From an uncultured virus (IMG/VR IMGVR_UViG_3300047476_001538) (taxonomy: Duplodnaviria > Heunggongvirae > Uroviricota > Caudoviricetes), in the IMG/VR virus record IMGVR_UViG_3300047476_001538, positions 11,772-75,771 of that record: a stretch of DNA of 64,000 nucleotides; one strand, given 5' to 3'. The position numbers and the translations under genes are program-made. The notes below the pieces were generated by a model, which was given only the letters and a program-made list of their open reading frames with translations, made no database searches and was not told the DNA's origin. Below are positions 7,301 through 15,847 of this stretch, one piece after another; positions within the stretch are counted from its first letter, which is position 1; the number at the start of each line of letters is the position of its first letter.

Positions 7301-10237
7301 AAGATTCAACAGGCCGAAGAACTTGACGCCAGTTTTGGTGATCCAAAAAACAGAGCGCAAGGGCAATCTACTATTCCGGTATTCTTATCTATTCAGAACC
7401 CAATAATACTTGATGCTCAGGGTGAAAATCCATCTGGTATTGGTGGTATTGATCCGTTGATTAAAAAAGCTAAATCAAGAGGACATGATGGCGTGATTAT
7501 CAAAAATTTTGATGATTCTGCTGGACTTTTTAATGATGTATCCGATCATTACATTGTATTTAATGCGAATCAGATAAAGTCTGCCATTGGCAACAAAGGC
7601 TCTTACAATCCTGATAGCGATGAAATTGTAAACGAAAATCAGAATAATTTTAAATCATGGTTTTCTGGATCTAAGATAGTTAATCCGGATGGCACACCAA
7701 AGATAATGTATCACGGAACACACAAAGATTTTTCTTCTTTTGTTAAGACCGCCGGATCAAAAGCAATATTCGTATCAAGTGATCCTAAATTTGCGAAGGA
7801 TTATGCTATTGGAAGTGGTGGCAATATTCTTCCTGTGTACATTCGATCAGTAAAGCCATGGGATTATTTGGATGATTCAGATAATCAAGCACTCCAACAC
7901 TATTTGGGATTATCCGACGAGGATATAAAATGGTGGCAGGGATTTGATGAGGGAGAACTTTACATGGCAGCAGTTAGGGGAAAATGGGATGCCATTGAAT
8001 CAGACGAATTTCAGAAATTTCTCCAATCAAATGACTATGATGGATTTTATGTTATCGAAAATGACGCTAGAAATTTAGGAGTATTTAATGCAAATCAGAT
8101 AAAGTCTGCCATTGGCAACAAAGGCTCCTACAATCCTGATAGCGATGAAATCGTAGATGAAGCTATCTCCAAAACCGGCGAGTATGGAAAAGTAGTAAAA
8201 ATAGTCAAGCAATCTATCGTAGGAGCGGTTCAACAATTCCAGAAAAGATACCCTGAAATCAGAGAAAGTAATATGTCGTTGAAGGAGCATTATTCGGCAA
8301 TGCAACCATTGCTTGAACGAAGTTTGGGTGACAATTTCAATATGTACTTCGACACGCCTGTTAGATTTGAAGAACTAAGTCAAGGTCGTGGACAATATAA
8401 CAATGACGGAACTATCACGCTCAGTAGCGATTTTACAAAAACTTTGACTCGGACATTAGTGGATGCATTGTTTGATTGGTCGCCTGAACCAGCCAGCCAC
8501 GATGAGCGGTTAAACAAATACGTCGATATTAGCAAGTTCACCGAATACGAAGAGTTAGCACAAGACCTCTTTCAAACGAGACCTCATGCAATCAATGACC
8601 TCGTTGAAACATTTATTCACGAATATGTTCACGCCGAACAGCACAAAAGAATAGCTCAGAAGAATACTAAAACAGGCAAATTTATGCCCAATCAATACTA
8701 TTCGTATTTGCAGCGCAATCGGGCTTTATTTGCTAAAGCCGTTCAGAACTTAGAAACTGATGAAGATTGGCAAGCGTATCTATCTTCTCCTCAAGAGATA
8801 ACGGCACACGCGCATGATCTTGCTAATAAAATAATACAAGGTGCTCTGTTTGGACAACAGATTGATAATATCAGTCCGGAAGAGGCTGATATTTCCATGA
8901 AAATACTAAAGTCCACCTTGCAGCAGGCGGCTAACTACAATGTACTACCCAAATACCAACAATATGATATCTTTGACCGCAACAACAAGCAACATAGAAA
9001 AATCGTTAATAGATTCTTGAAGACAGTGTATCAAGAAGTAGCTGCCGCTATTCAAACGCTACAAAATAAAGTTCAATCTGGTAATTTATCAGAATCACTT
9101 GGTTCACCTTATCCATTGAATCAAGGATTAAATCTTGATAGTGTTGTATCATATACATGGAAAGATGAAAATAATCTTAAAGGTAGTATCGGATTCATGC
9201 GAGGTGGATATGACGAAGATTGGGAAATAACATTCAATGTAGGTGGAAAATTTAATATTACCAATAAAGGTGATGCATTCAGAATATTCGCCACGGCTAA
9301 GGATGCTGTTAAAAGATTTATGACCACGCCGCAAGGTAAAGGAGCAGATAGAGTTTACTTCTCTGCCAAAACATCTGAACCAACCAGAGTGAAGCTGTAT
9401 GATAAGTTAGCTCAAATGATGGTGAAGAATGGATTCAAATTGCATCATACTGAAATGGAAGGCAATCAGAAGTATTATTACCTTGATACGCCAAATCAAG
9501 GTAAAGAAGTAAAAGAATCACTTGATAATACACTGCTTGAAGTATTAAAGAATCCAGTAGATCACAATTCATTTAGTGATCTATCAGATATGGTCAACTC
9601 ACAAAATAAAGGAAAAGCGATGAGCGGTCATACTAATGTTATGGCGACTCCAGAAATGAGGAAAGAAAATACATACATTATCAGATTCATGGATAATGAT
9701 CGTAATATTCAATATCATATCTGCACACTTGGAATGGATGGTGGTCAACGAAAAAAAGCATCAGATGTAGATCCAAAAATAGGATTGGATGCGTTGAATA
9801 TTATCTTTCATGATGCTAAGTTTTATCTTGAAAAGAAGATGCCAGTGTTGATCATAGCCCCAGATAATAAACGTAAACACAGTTATCTGAAAATGGCAAC
9901 ATTGTTAAAAAATCAAGTAGACAGTTCATTAAACATAGAAGATGTTGGGATGATAACAGGCGTTGATGGAGCAAGAGGACTCGGTTTCAAAATTGTTGAA
10001 ACTCAGTATAACAAGCTGACTGGAATTGATCCATCATTGGCAGAAGCACAAACAGTGGCCAAAATGATGCCAGCGGTCAAGCTGTGGAAGGCACGGGTAA
10101 AAATCAAGCAACCAAACTACATCGGATACGTAGAAGCTCAAGTGACTGCACCGGATATGCGCACTGCTCGTAATATGCTCAAGGCGCTCTATAATGTTCC
10201 GGAGCATGAGGTTGGATCAGTGACGTTGGTCAAGTGA
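4355..10237 (+). CDS. ~1960-aa polyvalent protein, probably virion-internal: Pol-beta NTase, two zincin domains, two ART-PolyVal-like domains and several unknown modules
   Basis: SGS..SDIDLH; HELVH (5447) and HEYVH (8618); two copies of NF.xWF..SK.V...YHGT...FNANQIKSAIGN; late box upstream. Confidence 0.85.
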   Translation: MNIQELSTFSLRDSLKFHDELNPALWDEHEQLKPEVREKLLQIAEDFQEYLGVDNLDLKDITLSGSNAAFSYNKHSDIDLHLVVDMPDDEVYRELFDAKKYAYNDQHDVKIKGSPVELYVQDANEEHYSQGIYSVMNDEWIDVPKKRSLDVDDSSVKNKFEDVKRHITDAINSDDFDTLSGVHKRIKAMRQCGLEKNGEFSIENLTFKMLRNEGWIEKLLNARNKAKDKMLSLAEKNKKKQKRIYGFSTPELLQSDVTNTWDGVSDSTQDFLNEDVTNTWDGVSDSTQQFLNEKDSESHKEVIKDFILFCKKYLKIAKLPKVTLKKDAKWSSEHKTFGYYNPNDNSLTINLAGRNIVDSLRTIGHELVHCKQFESVDMPTNSGETGSAAENHANSVAGILMREYGQLHPELFQMPVLAEASGYIPTAAQAHDPRFEMALSCDVHPGTLGRVANAFDLNTDSQGKPQIANPNGRVVRENCIEEQTLFESWQDFKSQEELIEIFDKEVVYDSVKDMIEKFHNRNKEYVYSPFTDVVQSPAMKSNDLFAVRGRNKKDKSMEYHLVSTRHENGKIGDSSQWNNEALKDAMKFVIEDATNFVNKGSRIKLMTDDAALYDQYLRIANLMTQRINRERQHGGEFQVIEAGKTNSIDGQYLDTILIRGTPTKKMESLRNDQTKTSYIPNDINKLTFESFDHYRRWCQSPKTNSNRNPMYHPNRYQGIFIDSKDLRETNDIFTKRKQQGKEFSNEFLSLDDRENVALKVGNKISVLSCIVAPTDKISRIELSGFVTPKEIANLLLSTDDKIDAIEFTDGTQYPEKAQETIVDNINLVNTVFFPDKHTADYAMTATELLLWGMEGKGWKIERYMSESADNLEESLWEELQNHKSGDNVNNFQKWFGNSKVVDDNGNPLRVYHGTAGDFPSFSSKFQGKTTGATSSKSGFFFTSSPTTAKSYADYAALNAKVQQLLDQADAAEKKGDWDLYDEKIQQAEELDASFGDPKNRAQGQSTIPVFLSIQNPIILDAQGENPSGIGGIDPLIKKAKSRGHDGVIIKNFDDSAGLFNDVSDHYIVFNANQIKSAIGNKGSYNPDSDEIVNENQNNFKSWFSGSKIVNPDGTPKIMYHGTHKDFSSFVKTAGSKAIFVSSDPKFAKDYAIGSGGNILPVYIRSVKPWDYLDDSDNQALQHYLGLSDEDIKWWQGFDEGELYMAAVRGKWDAIESDEFQKFLQSNDYDGFYVIENDARNLGVFNANQIKSAIGNKGSYNPDSDEIVDEAISKTGEYGKVVKIVKQSIVGAVQQFQKRYPEIRESNMSLKEHYSAMQPLLERSLGDNFNMYFDTPVRFEELSQGRGQYNNDGTITLSSDFTKTLTRTLVDALFDWSPEPASHDERLNKYVDISKFTEYEELAQDLFQTRPHAINDLVETFIHEYVHAEQHKRIAQKNTKTGKFMPNQYYSYLQRNRALFAKAVQNLETDEDWQAYLSSPQEITAHAHDLANKIIQGALFGQQIDNISPEEADISMKILKSTLQQAANYNVLPKYQQYDIFDRNNKQHRKIVNRFLKTVYQEVAAAIQTLQNKVQSGNLSESLGSPYPLNQGLNLDSVVSYTWKDENNLKGSIGFMRGGYDEDWEITFNVGGKFNITNKGDAFRIFATAKDAVKRFMTTPQGKGADRVYFSAKTSEPTRVKLYDKLAQMMVKNGFKLHHTEMEGNQKYYYLDTPNQGKEVKESLDNTLLEVLKNPVDHNSFSDLSDMVNSQNKGKAMSGHTNVMATPEMRKENTYIIRFMDNDRNIQYHICTLGMDGGQRKKASDVDPKIGLDALNIIFHDAKFYLEKKMPVLIIAPDNKRKHSYLKMATLLKNQVDSSLNIEDVGMITGVDGARGLGFKIVETQYNKLTGIDPSLAEAQTVAKMMPAVKLWKARVKIKQPNYIGYVEAQVTAPDMRTARNMLKALYNVPEHEVGSVTLVK
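5120..5233 (+). repeat. In-frame 57-bp tandem duplication
   Basis: DVTNTWDGVSDSTQ(D/Q)FLNE twice. Confidence 0.95.
7556..8155 (+). repeat. 75-bp direct repeat (7556-7630, 8081-8155) ending each ART-like domain
   Basis: gtatttaatgc.aatcagataaagtctgccattggcaacaaaggctc.tacaatcctgatagcgatgaaat.gta, 3 mismatches. Confidence 0.95.
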
Positions 10238-10263
10238 TAAATATGAGAAATGAGGAGATCATA

Positions 10264-11145
10264 ATGACTAGATCACTGTACGAAGACTTGTTAAAAGGAT
10301 ACAGAGACAATCTGATTCGGCGGCAGGCATTGACAGTCACTGAATCAAGTTCACTGAAATATATTCTGAAGATGGCTGGGATCAATCATTTGTTTGAAAC
10401 GACTTCTGAAGTTGATACATCAAAGTCAGGGTCAGAAAAAATACTTAACAGAAGATTGGTGGAATCAGAGATCATCGATGAGTTAAGAGGCGTTAAAAAA
10501 TACCATGATCTAACATCCGATCAATTGATGGCACAGATTGCTCAAGATTATAATTTGCAAATTTTAGGTTCTGGATTATTTGGCACAGTTATCCAGACCA
10601 AAAACCCCGACACCGTAGTAAAGGTATTTGAAAGTGATGATGCTTATTTGCGATTTTTAGAAATGGCAAACGCTCATCCTAATGTACATTTCCCAAAAGC
10701 CAAAGGATTGCCCAGACTTATGACTGCCTTTTACAAAAGGCACTCAATCCAGCCGGACAAATTCGTCGTGCTTGAATTAGAAAAACTATATCCATTGGAC
10801 GATGATATAGCTGATTTTTGTGAATCTCTGGCATATCAGACGATTGATGAGGAGCCACTGGTCCTACCAGATGGCTCGCAGAACTCAAAACACATGACAT
10901 ATGCACAACTGATTGGAGATTACCCGTGGATATCAACATTAAAACGGGCTATGAATATGATCATTGACTGGGACTTAGGAGAAAATGATATGAATGCGGG
11001 TAATTTTATGAGGCGGAAATACGGAACGATTGTTATTATGGACCCGGTTTATGATCCAAACAGCGTTGCTTGGTCAGTGGCAGCGTTGCCGGCAAACCAA
11101 CCAAAAAACGTACAGGGACCACATTATAGAAAAAAATCAATTTAA
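10264..11145 (+). CDS. Ser/Thr protein kinase-like protein (T7 gp0.7-like)
   Basis: LGSGLFGTV, VVKVF, NDMNAGNFM, IVIMDPV; GAGGAG RBS; GATAAATA at 10236. Confidence 0.8.
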   Translation: MTRSLYEDLLKGYRDNLIRRQALTVTESSSLKYILKMAGINHLFETTSEVDTSKSGSEKILNRRLVESEIIDELRGVKKYHDLTSDQLMAQIAQDYNLQILGSGLFGTVIQTKNPDTVVKVFESDDAYLRFLEMANAHPNVHFPKAKGLPRLMTAFYKRHSIQPDKFVVLELEKLYPLDDDIADFCESLAYQTIDEEPLVLPDGSQNSKHMTYAQLIGDYPWISTLKRAMNMIIDWDLGENDMNAGNFMRRKYGTIVIMDPVYDPNSVAWSVAALPANQPKNVQGPHYRKKSI

Positions 11146-11176
11146 TTGATCTTACTGTAACATCAAGAAACACTTT

Positions 11177-11230
11177 AAAAACAGTTGACATTCTGATTTT
11201 TTCTGTATAATGCTTTTCATACAAACCAAC
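11177..11230 (+). promoter_or_regulatory. Repeated early promoter element, copy 1
   Basis: aaaaacagTTGACA-N15-TATAAT..catacaaaccaac; related copies at 12.95 and 47.15 kb. Confidence 0.8.
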
Positions 11231-11300
11231 GAGCAACATCAATCAGTGACGTTGGTCAAGTGATAATTCAGATAAATACTTCATTACTATATGAATTATT

Positions 11301-12980
11301 ATGTCACACTTCTCCAAAATCCTTGAATCACTGATGAACAATGATGAAACAACTGCTTATCAGTTGTTTCATGAATTCGTCGTGGAATCCAGTAGAGCAA
11401 TCTACGAAGAGAATCAACTTGATGAATACTTAACACCGGACGAAGAAGCAGAGGTAGCCAAGTGGAAGAAAAGAACACCCCAAGCGACAAAAGCGACCAA
11501 CCATTTCTTCGGCAGTGATGAGATAGAAGATATCTATCGCCCATTGGTAGATTTAGATGGTAAATCCGAAGTCCATGCTGCTATTGAACAAGATATTGGT
11601 ATTCCTATTTCAAGTGATGATTATAAGAAAGGAATGGTAAAGGACAAAGATGGCAAGCAAATCCGTATTGGTAGTGCAATAAGTGACCCAAAACTGCGAA
11701 CTGCGTTTAAGACCGATCCGCTAAGAAAAGGGCAATCAACAAAAGCGGCATCAAGAAATGTTAGAATTACTCGTAGTCCCACTGGAGTGGCCGGACAAAC
11801 ATCTCATGGGCAATCATGGGAAGGTCATTCTTGTAAGAATTTCAACGATGGCTCAAATCGGCGCTATCTCTGTCACGAAGTAGAACACGGCACAGTGGTT
11901 GCTTATCTTACCGACAAAGAATCAGGAGAAGAAATAGCAAGAGGGACATTTCAGCCATATACGAACAAAGAAGGCAACTACCTATACAGATTGGACTCGT
12001 ACTATGGTGAAAATAATGCTCAGTTCAAGAAATACTTGAAGCAATTGGAAAGAGAACTATCACAACCGCATTCTGGTAGTCTGATGTATGACATACATCC
12101 CGATGTATATAATGATAGTAGAGTTAAAAAATCTCTTCCTTATGGTGCAACTGCCGAGGATTATAAAAACTCCCTTGAACAAGGAGAATTGGAGTTAAAT
12201 GAAATACCAGAAGAATTACGAACGCCAGCGATATGCAAAATCGCTGTTAGTCAAGATGGCACGGCATTGAAATATGTGCCAGAAGAATTGCCAGAATACG
12301 CAAAACTATGCAAAATCGCTGTTAGTCACGACGGCTGGGCATTGAAATATGTGCCAGAAGAATTACCGGAATACTTAAAGATATGCAAAATCGCTGTTAG
12401 TCAAGATGCCTGGGCGCTGCAATATGTGCCAGAATACCCAAAACAAATGAGAACACCAACATTATGCAAAATCGCTGTTAGTCAAGATGGCATGACGTTG
12501 GGAGATGTGCCAGCAGAATTGAGAACACCAACGTTATGCAAAATCGCCGTTAGCCAAAATTGGCGGGCGTTGTATTATGTGCCGGAAGAATTGCCAGAAT
12601 ATGCAGATATATGCAAAATCGCTGTTAGTCAAAAAGGGTTTGACTTGAGCCGTTTACCAAAAGATTTGAGAACACCAACGCTATGCAAAATCGCTGTTAG
12701 TCAAAATGGACTGGCGTTGCGACTCGTGCCAGAAGAATTGCCAGAATATGCAGATATATGCAAAATCGCTGTTAGTCAAGATGGCAGGGCGTTGGTACAG
12801 GTGCCAGAAGAACTAAAAACACCGGAAATATGCAAAATTGCTGTTAGTCAAAATGGTGTGGCGTCGCAATATGTGCCAGAAGAATTACAAAATGAAGTGC
12901 TCAGATTTTTGTACAACAAGAAAAACAACAAGGATAATTTTTCTAAAAAACAGTTGACATCATCAACATTTTCTGTATAA
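11301..12980 (+). CDS. Late protein: shared N-terminal leader, variable middle domain and 9 DUF4116-like repeats
   Basis: N-terminus nearly identical to 45486; CKIAVSxxxxALxYVPEEL repeats; GATAAATA at 11271. Confidence 0.85.
   Translation: MSHFSKILESLMNNDETTAYQLFHEFVVESSRAIYEENQLDEYLTPDEEAEVAKWKKRTPQATKATNHFFGSDEIEDIYRPLVDLDGKSEVHAAIEQDIGIPISSDDYKKGMVKDKDGKQIRIGSAISDPKLRTAFKTDPLRKGQSTKAASRNVRITRSPTGVAGQTSHGQSWEGHSCKNFNDGSNRRYLCHEVEHGTVVAYLTDKESGEEIARGTFQPYTNKEGNYLYRLDSYYGENNAQFKKYLKQLERELSQPHSGSLMYDIHPDVYNDSRVKKSLPYGATAEDYKNSLEQGELELNEIPEELRTPAICKIAVSQDGTALKYVPEELPEYAKLCKIAVSHDGWALKYVPEELPEYLKICKIAVSQDAWALQYVPEYPKQMRTPTLCKIAVSQDGMTLGDVPAELRTPTLCKIAVSQNWRALYYVPEELPEYADICKIAVSQKGFDLSRLPKDLRTPTLCKIAVSQNGLALRLVPEELPEYADICKIAVSQDGRALVQVPEELKTPEICKIAVSQNGVASQYVPEELQNEVLRFLYNKKNNKDNFSKKQLTSSTFSV
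12205..12890 (+). repeat. Coding tandem repeat, nine units of ~72-78 bp
   Basis: Near-invariant atgcaaaatcgctgttag..gtgccagaagaatt framework. Confidence 0.95.
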
Positions 12981-13012
12981 TACCCTCCATACCAACCAAC
13001 AACGAGGAAAAA
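12946..13012 (+). promoter_or_regulatory. Repeated early promoter plus RBS, copy 2
   Basis: TTGACA (12954)-N16-TATAAT (12976), then ctccataccaaccaacaacGAGGAaa. Confidence 0.85.
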
Positions 13013-13016
13013 TCAG

Positions 13017-13391
13017 ATGGCAATTCAGGATAATGTTTGGTTCCACTGCGTAAAATCTAACTGGGTTGAGCGCGATTGGAATAACGAAGATGATGGCAAA
13101 AAGCCAATGATATCATTCTTCAGTGATGCTCATAACAAGGCATTTCACTTTTACTATGATCCAGATTCGTCATCGCTATACGATTTCAATATTGAAATTT
13201 TCGGCGACGATGAGGCTGACGATGATTATCAATGCTTCAACACCTTGGCAGAAGGAATTGAATTTATGAAGGCACTGAATCTTGAAATTCCGCTTGACGT
13301 TGCAAAAAAGTTTGGTTATGATTGCGCCGTTTATCAGAACTATGTGGATGATCGTGCAGTTGATGCATCGCCCGATAGCCTACGTTTTTAA
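13017..13391 (+). CDS. Early acidic hypothetical protein
   Basis: Strong promoter and RBS directly upstream. Confidence 0.75.
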   Translation: MAIQDNVWFHCVKSNWVERDWNNEDDGKKPMISFFSDAHNKAFHFYYDPDSSSLYDFNIEIFGDDEADDDYQCFNTLAEGIEFMKALNLEIPLDVAKKFGYDCAVYQNYVDDRAVDASPDSLRF

Positions 13392-13418
13392 TTCACCTGA
13401 AACAATTGGAGAAACAAA

Positions 13419-13724
13419 ATGAAAAAGTGGTACGAAGTTCATAATTATGCACAAGGTGATGAGTACATCACCGAAAATTCCGATATCAATAATACCGATA
13501 ACGTTTGGACTACGAAGATTCCATGGGATTTTAAACCAGCAGATGATTATGAGCCACCCAAGCCCTATCGTTTCTCTACAAAAGTTGAGGCAACACGAAT
13601 TAAGGATCAGATTAAAGCAGCCAGACTTGATGAGTGGAATAGAAACAGCCATATTTACAAGATTTACGGCGATAAGAAACCAAGTTGGAAAGTATATTCT
13701 TTTTCCGAACAAACGGGAGAATAA
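13419..13724 (+). CDS. Hypothetical protein
   Basis: GGAG RBS. Confidence 0.7.
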   Translation: MKKWYEVHNYAQGDEYITENSDINNTDNVWTTKIPWDFKPADDYEPPKPYRFSTKVEATRIKDQIKAARLDEWNRNSHIYKIYGDKKPSWKVYSFSEQTGE

Positions 13725-14014
13725 TGATGAAGCAAGCAATATATGATGAAATGTATGCTCAGTTTCAAGAGGGCAAAATCACCGACAAAGAATGGTATCG
13801 GTTCTGCTATGAGATACTTGGAAGAACTAACAAATCAAACATCATTGACCAACGCAGGAGAATAATGATGAAGCAAGAAATGTATGATGAAATGTACGCT
13901 CAGTTTCAAGAGGGAAAAATCACCGACAAAGAATGGTATAGGTTCTGCTATGAGGTACTTGATGAAATCATTGAGGAAAACAAAGAAATCATGGTTCGAC
14001 TTAAAAATCGCTAA
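13724..14014 (+). CDS. Small protein with an internal duplication and a second in-frame start at 13865
   Basis: MMKQ..YDEMYAQFQEGKITDKEWYRFCYE twice; the 105-bp repeat includes the RBS. Confidence 0.75.
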   Translation: MMKQAIYDEMYAQFQEGKITDKEWYRFCYEILGRTNKSNIIDQRRRIMMKQEMYDEMYAQFQEGKITDKEWYRFCYEVLDEIIEENKEIMVRLKNR

Positions 14015-14028
14015 TCAGGAGAATAATC

Positions 14029-14967
14029 ATGGGAGGCAATGTTTTCGGTGATAAAACCACCTCAATCAAAAAAGAGTGGATTGAACCCACATTAAAAGCC
14101 TATTTTAACGAGCTAGCTGCTATCTTTCCAAACAAGAAAGATATTCTCAATCTTGAGAATTTTACGCTGCTGGGATCAGCCGGCAAAAAATCAATCAGTG
14201 GCGATATTGATTTGGGTATTGATCTATCAATGATTCTTGATGAACCAGTATCGGATGAATCTATCATTGAATGGAACATTGATCCTATTGCTGTAGTAAA
14301 AGAAACTGAATTACTTCAAAAGAGAGCAAAAACAGCCACACCAGAGCAATCCAGAAAAAAAGCGTTCTTTAAGCTGATAACCAAGTATATCAATGATCAC
14401 GCAAATCACATTTATTGCGACGAAAAGAAAGTATCAGAAGGAAATATATTCAGCTTATTCCCTCAGTACAATGTACATAATGTAGTACAGGATAGCGCCG
14501 TTCAAATTGATTGGATGGTTGGCAATCTTGATTGGTTAAAATTTAGCTATTATTCTACTGTATATCCAGCAGATTCCAACATCAAGGGACTTTGTAGAAC
14601 ACAATTGATTCTCTCTATGTTCCAATCGGTTGGGCTATCGTTCAATCATGTTAATGGCGTCAAGGATAAAGAAACAGGTGAAATCCTTGCATCAACCTCA
14701 AACGATGCTATCAATCTGCTCAATCATAAATTAAATCTGAATCTGACCGAAGAAATCACTCAGAACTATTATTCACTCTATGAACAGGTGAACCAGTGCA
14801 ATCGGCGTGATACTATTCTGAATACATTTTTACGGATTCTTGATTCAACCAGAGTTGGAGTGCCGGATAATCTGAGAGAAGAATGGCGACAACGAAAAGA
14901 ATCCTTGAATTTAACAGGAAAATTTTTACCAGAAAATGATCCAATGCGTGAATTTTTATCGGAGTAA
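14029..14967 (+). CDS. Pol-beta-superfamily nucleotidyltransferase-like protein
   Basis: LGSAGKK..SGDIDL and VQIDWM. Confidence 0.75.
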   Translation: MGGNVFGDKTTSIKKEWIEPTLKAYFNELAAIFPNKKDILNLENFTLLGSAGKKSISGDIDLGIDLSMILDEPVSDESIIEWNIDPIAVVKETELLQKRAKTATPEQSRKKAFFKLITKYINDHANHIYCDEKKVSEGNIFSLFPQYNVHNVVQDSAVQIDWMVGNLDWLKFSYYSTVYPADSNIKGLCRTQLILSMFQSVGLSFNHVNGVKDKETGEILASTSNDAINLLNHKLNLNLTEEITQNYYSLYEQVNQCNRRDTILNTFLRILDSTRVGVPDNLREEWRQRKESLNLTGKFLPENDPMREFLSE

Positions 14968-14972
14968 TTTTA

Positions 14973-15839
14973 ATGTCAGGTGCAACCGGCGCGGAAAGAA
15001 TCAGAAGTCGTGATGATTATGTTCGCTTTTTGGAATCATATAGCAATATAATCTCAGCTTTTAATGGATTCAGATCACTTCAATCATCGGGTAGCTATTG
15101 CTCCGATTTATCAAAACAATCGTTTGGTGATATTGATATTGTGGTTCACTTTGAATCTGAATTATCAAAAAAAGATTTGAAACTACAATTGATTAAATAT
15201 CTTGAGGGATTGCCATCTGATACTATTGTTGAGTTTACTTCAGAAAAGTATAAGGGAAAGAGAAGCTATAATTCTGGTGAGATTGTTACTGTGAGGTATC
15301 ATGATGCTGACTTGGGTTACAGTGTTCAGATTGACAACATTATCGCATTGTCGGAAAACGAAGCTGAATTTAAGGTATCGTTCTTGAATATGCCAGCCGC
15401 AAAACAAGGATTGATTTTAGGTTTAGTTAAAACCGCACTGCTAGAAAATGATGCGAAGGGAATCTTTGATATTCTGAATATTCAAATAGAACCATTAAAT
15501 GATAATCAGGAATATGAATTTAATCTGAGTTCATCTGAGCTTCAATTAAGGAAGGTAACCTATATTCCTAATACATTCACTCAGAGTGATCGTGAAGTGA
15601 TTTGGCGCTCTGTTGACTTTGATGATGTTCTTAGCGTGTTGCCTCAGTATAACTTGAATCAGGGATTTGAAACATTATTAAATGTTGCTAAATACACTAT
15701 ACAGCATCCTCGCAGTTTTAATAGAGTTCGTGGTGTTTTTTCTTCAATGATAAGTGTAAAATCAGGTGAGAAAAATACTCCTAAAGGAAATGAAAAGCTA
15801 CATTCACTTATGTTGGTTGAGGAGGCATTTTTACCATGA
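14973..15839 (+). CDS. Pol-beta-superfamily nucleotidyltransferase-like protein
   Basis: SGSY..FGDIDIVV and VQIDNI. Confidence 0.75.
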   Translation: MSGATGAERIRSRDDYVRFLESYSNIISAFNGFRSLQSSGSYCSDLSKQSFGDIDIVVHFESELSKKDLKLQLIKYLEGLPSDTIVEFTSEKYKGKRSYNSGEIVTVRYHDADLGYSVQIDNIIALSENEAEFKVSFLNMPAAKQGLILGLVKTALLENDAKGIFDILNIQIEPLNDNQEYEFNLSSSELQLRKVTYIPNTFTQSDREVIWRSVDFDDVLSVLPQYNLNQGFETLLNVAKYTIQHPRSFNRVRGVFSSMISVKSGEKNTPKGNEKLHSLMLVEEAFLP

Positions 15840-15847
15840 GTTAATCA

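Larger units (their letters stand above)
10216..11266 (+). repeat. Perfect 25-bp direct repeat flanking the kinase cassette (10216-10240, 11242-11266)
   Basis: atcagtgacgttggtcaagtgataa twice. Confidence 0.95.

Noticed and set aside
12205-12890. CRISPR-like repeat-spacer periodicity
   Set aside because: Units are in-frame protein repeats, the spacer-like parts are homologous to each other, and no cas genes are present
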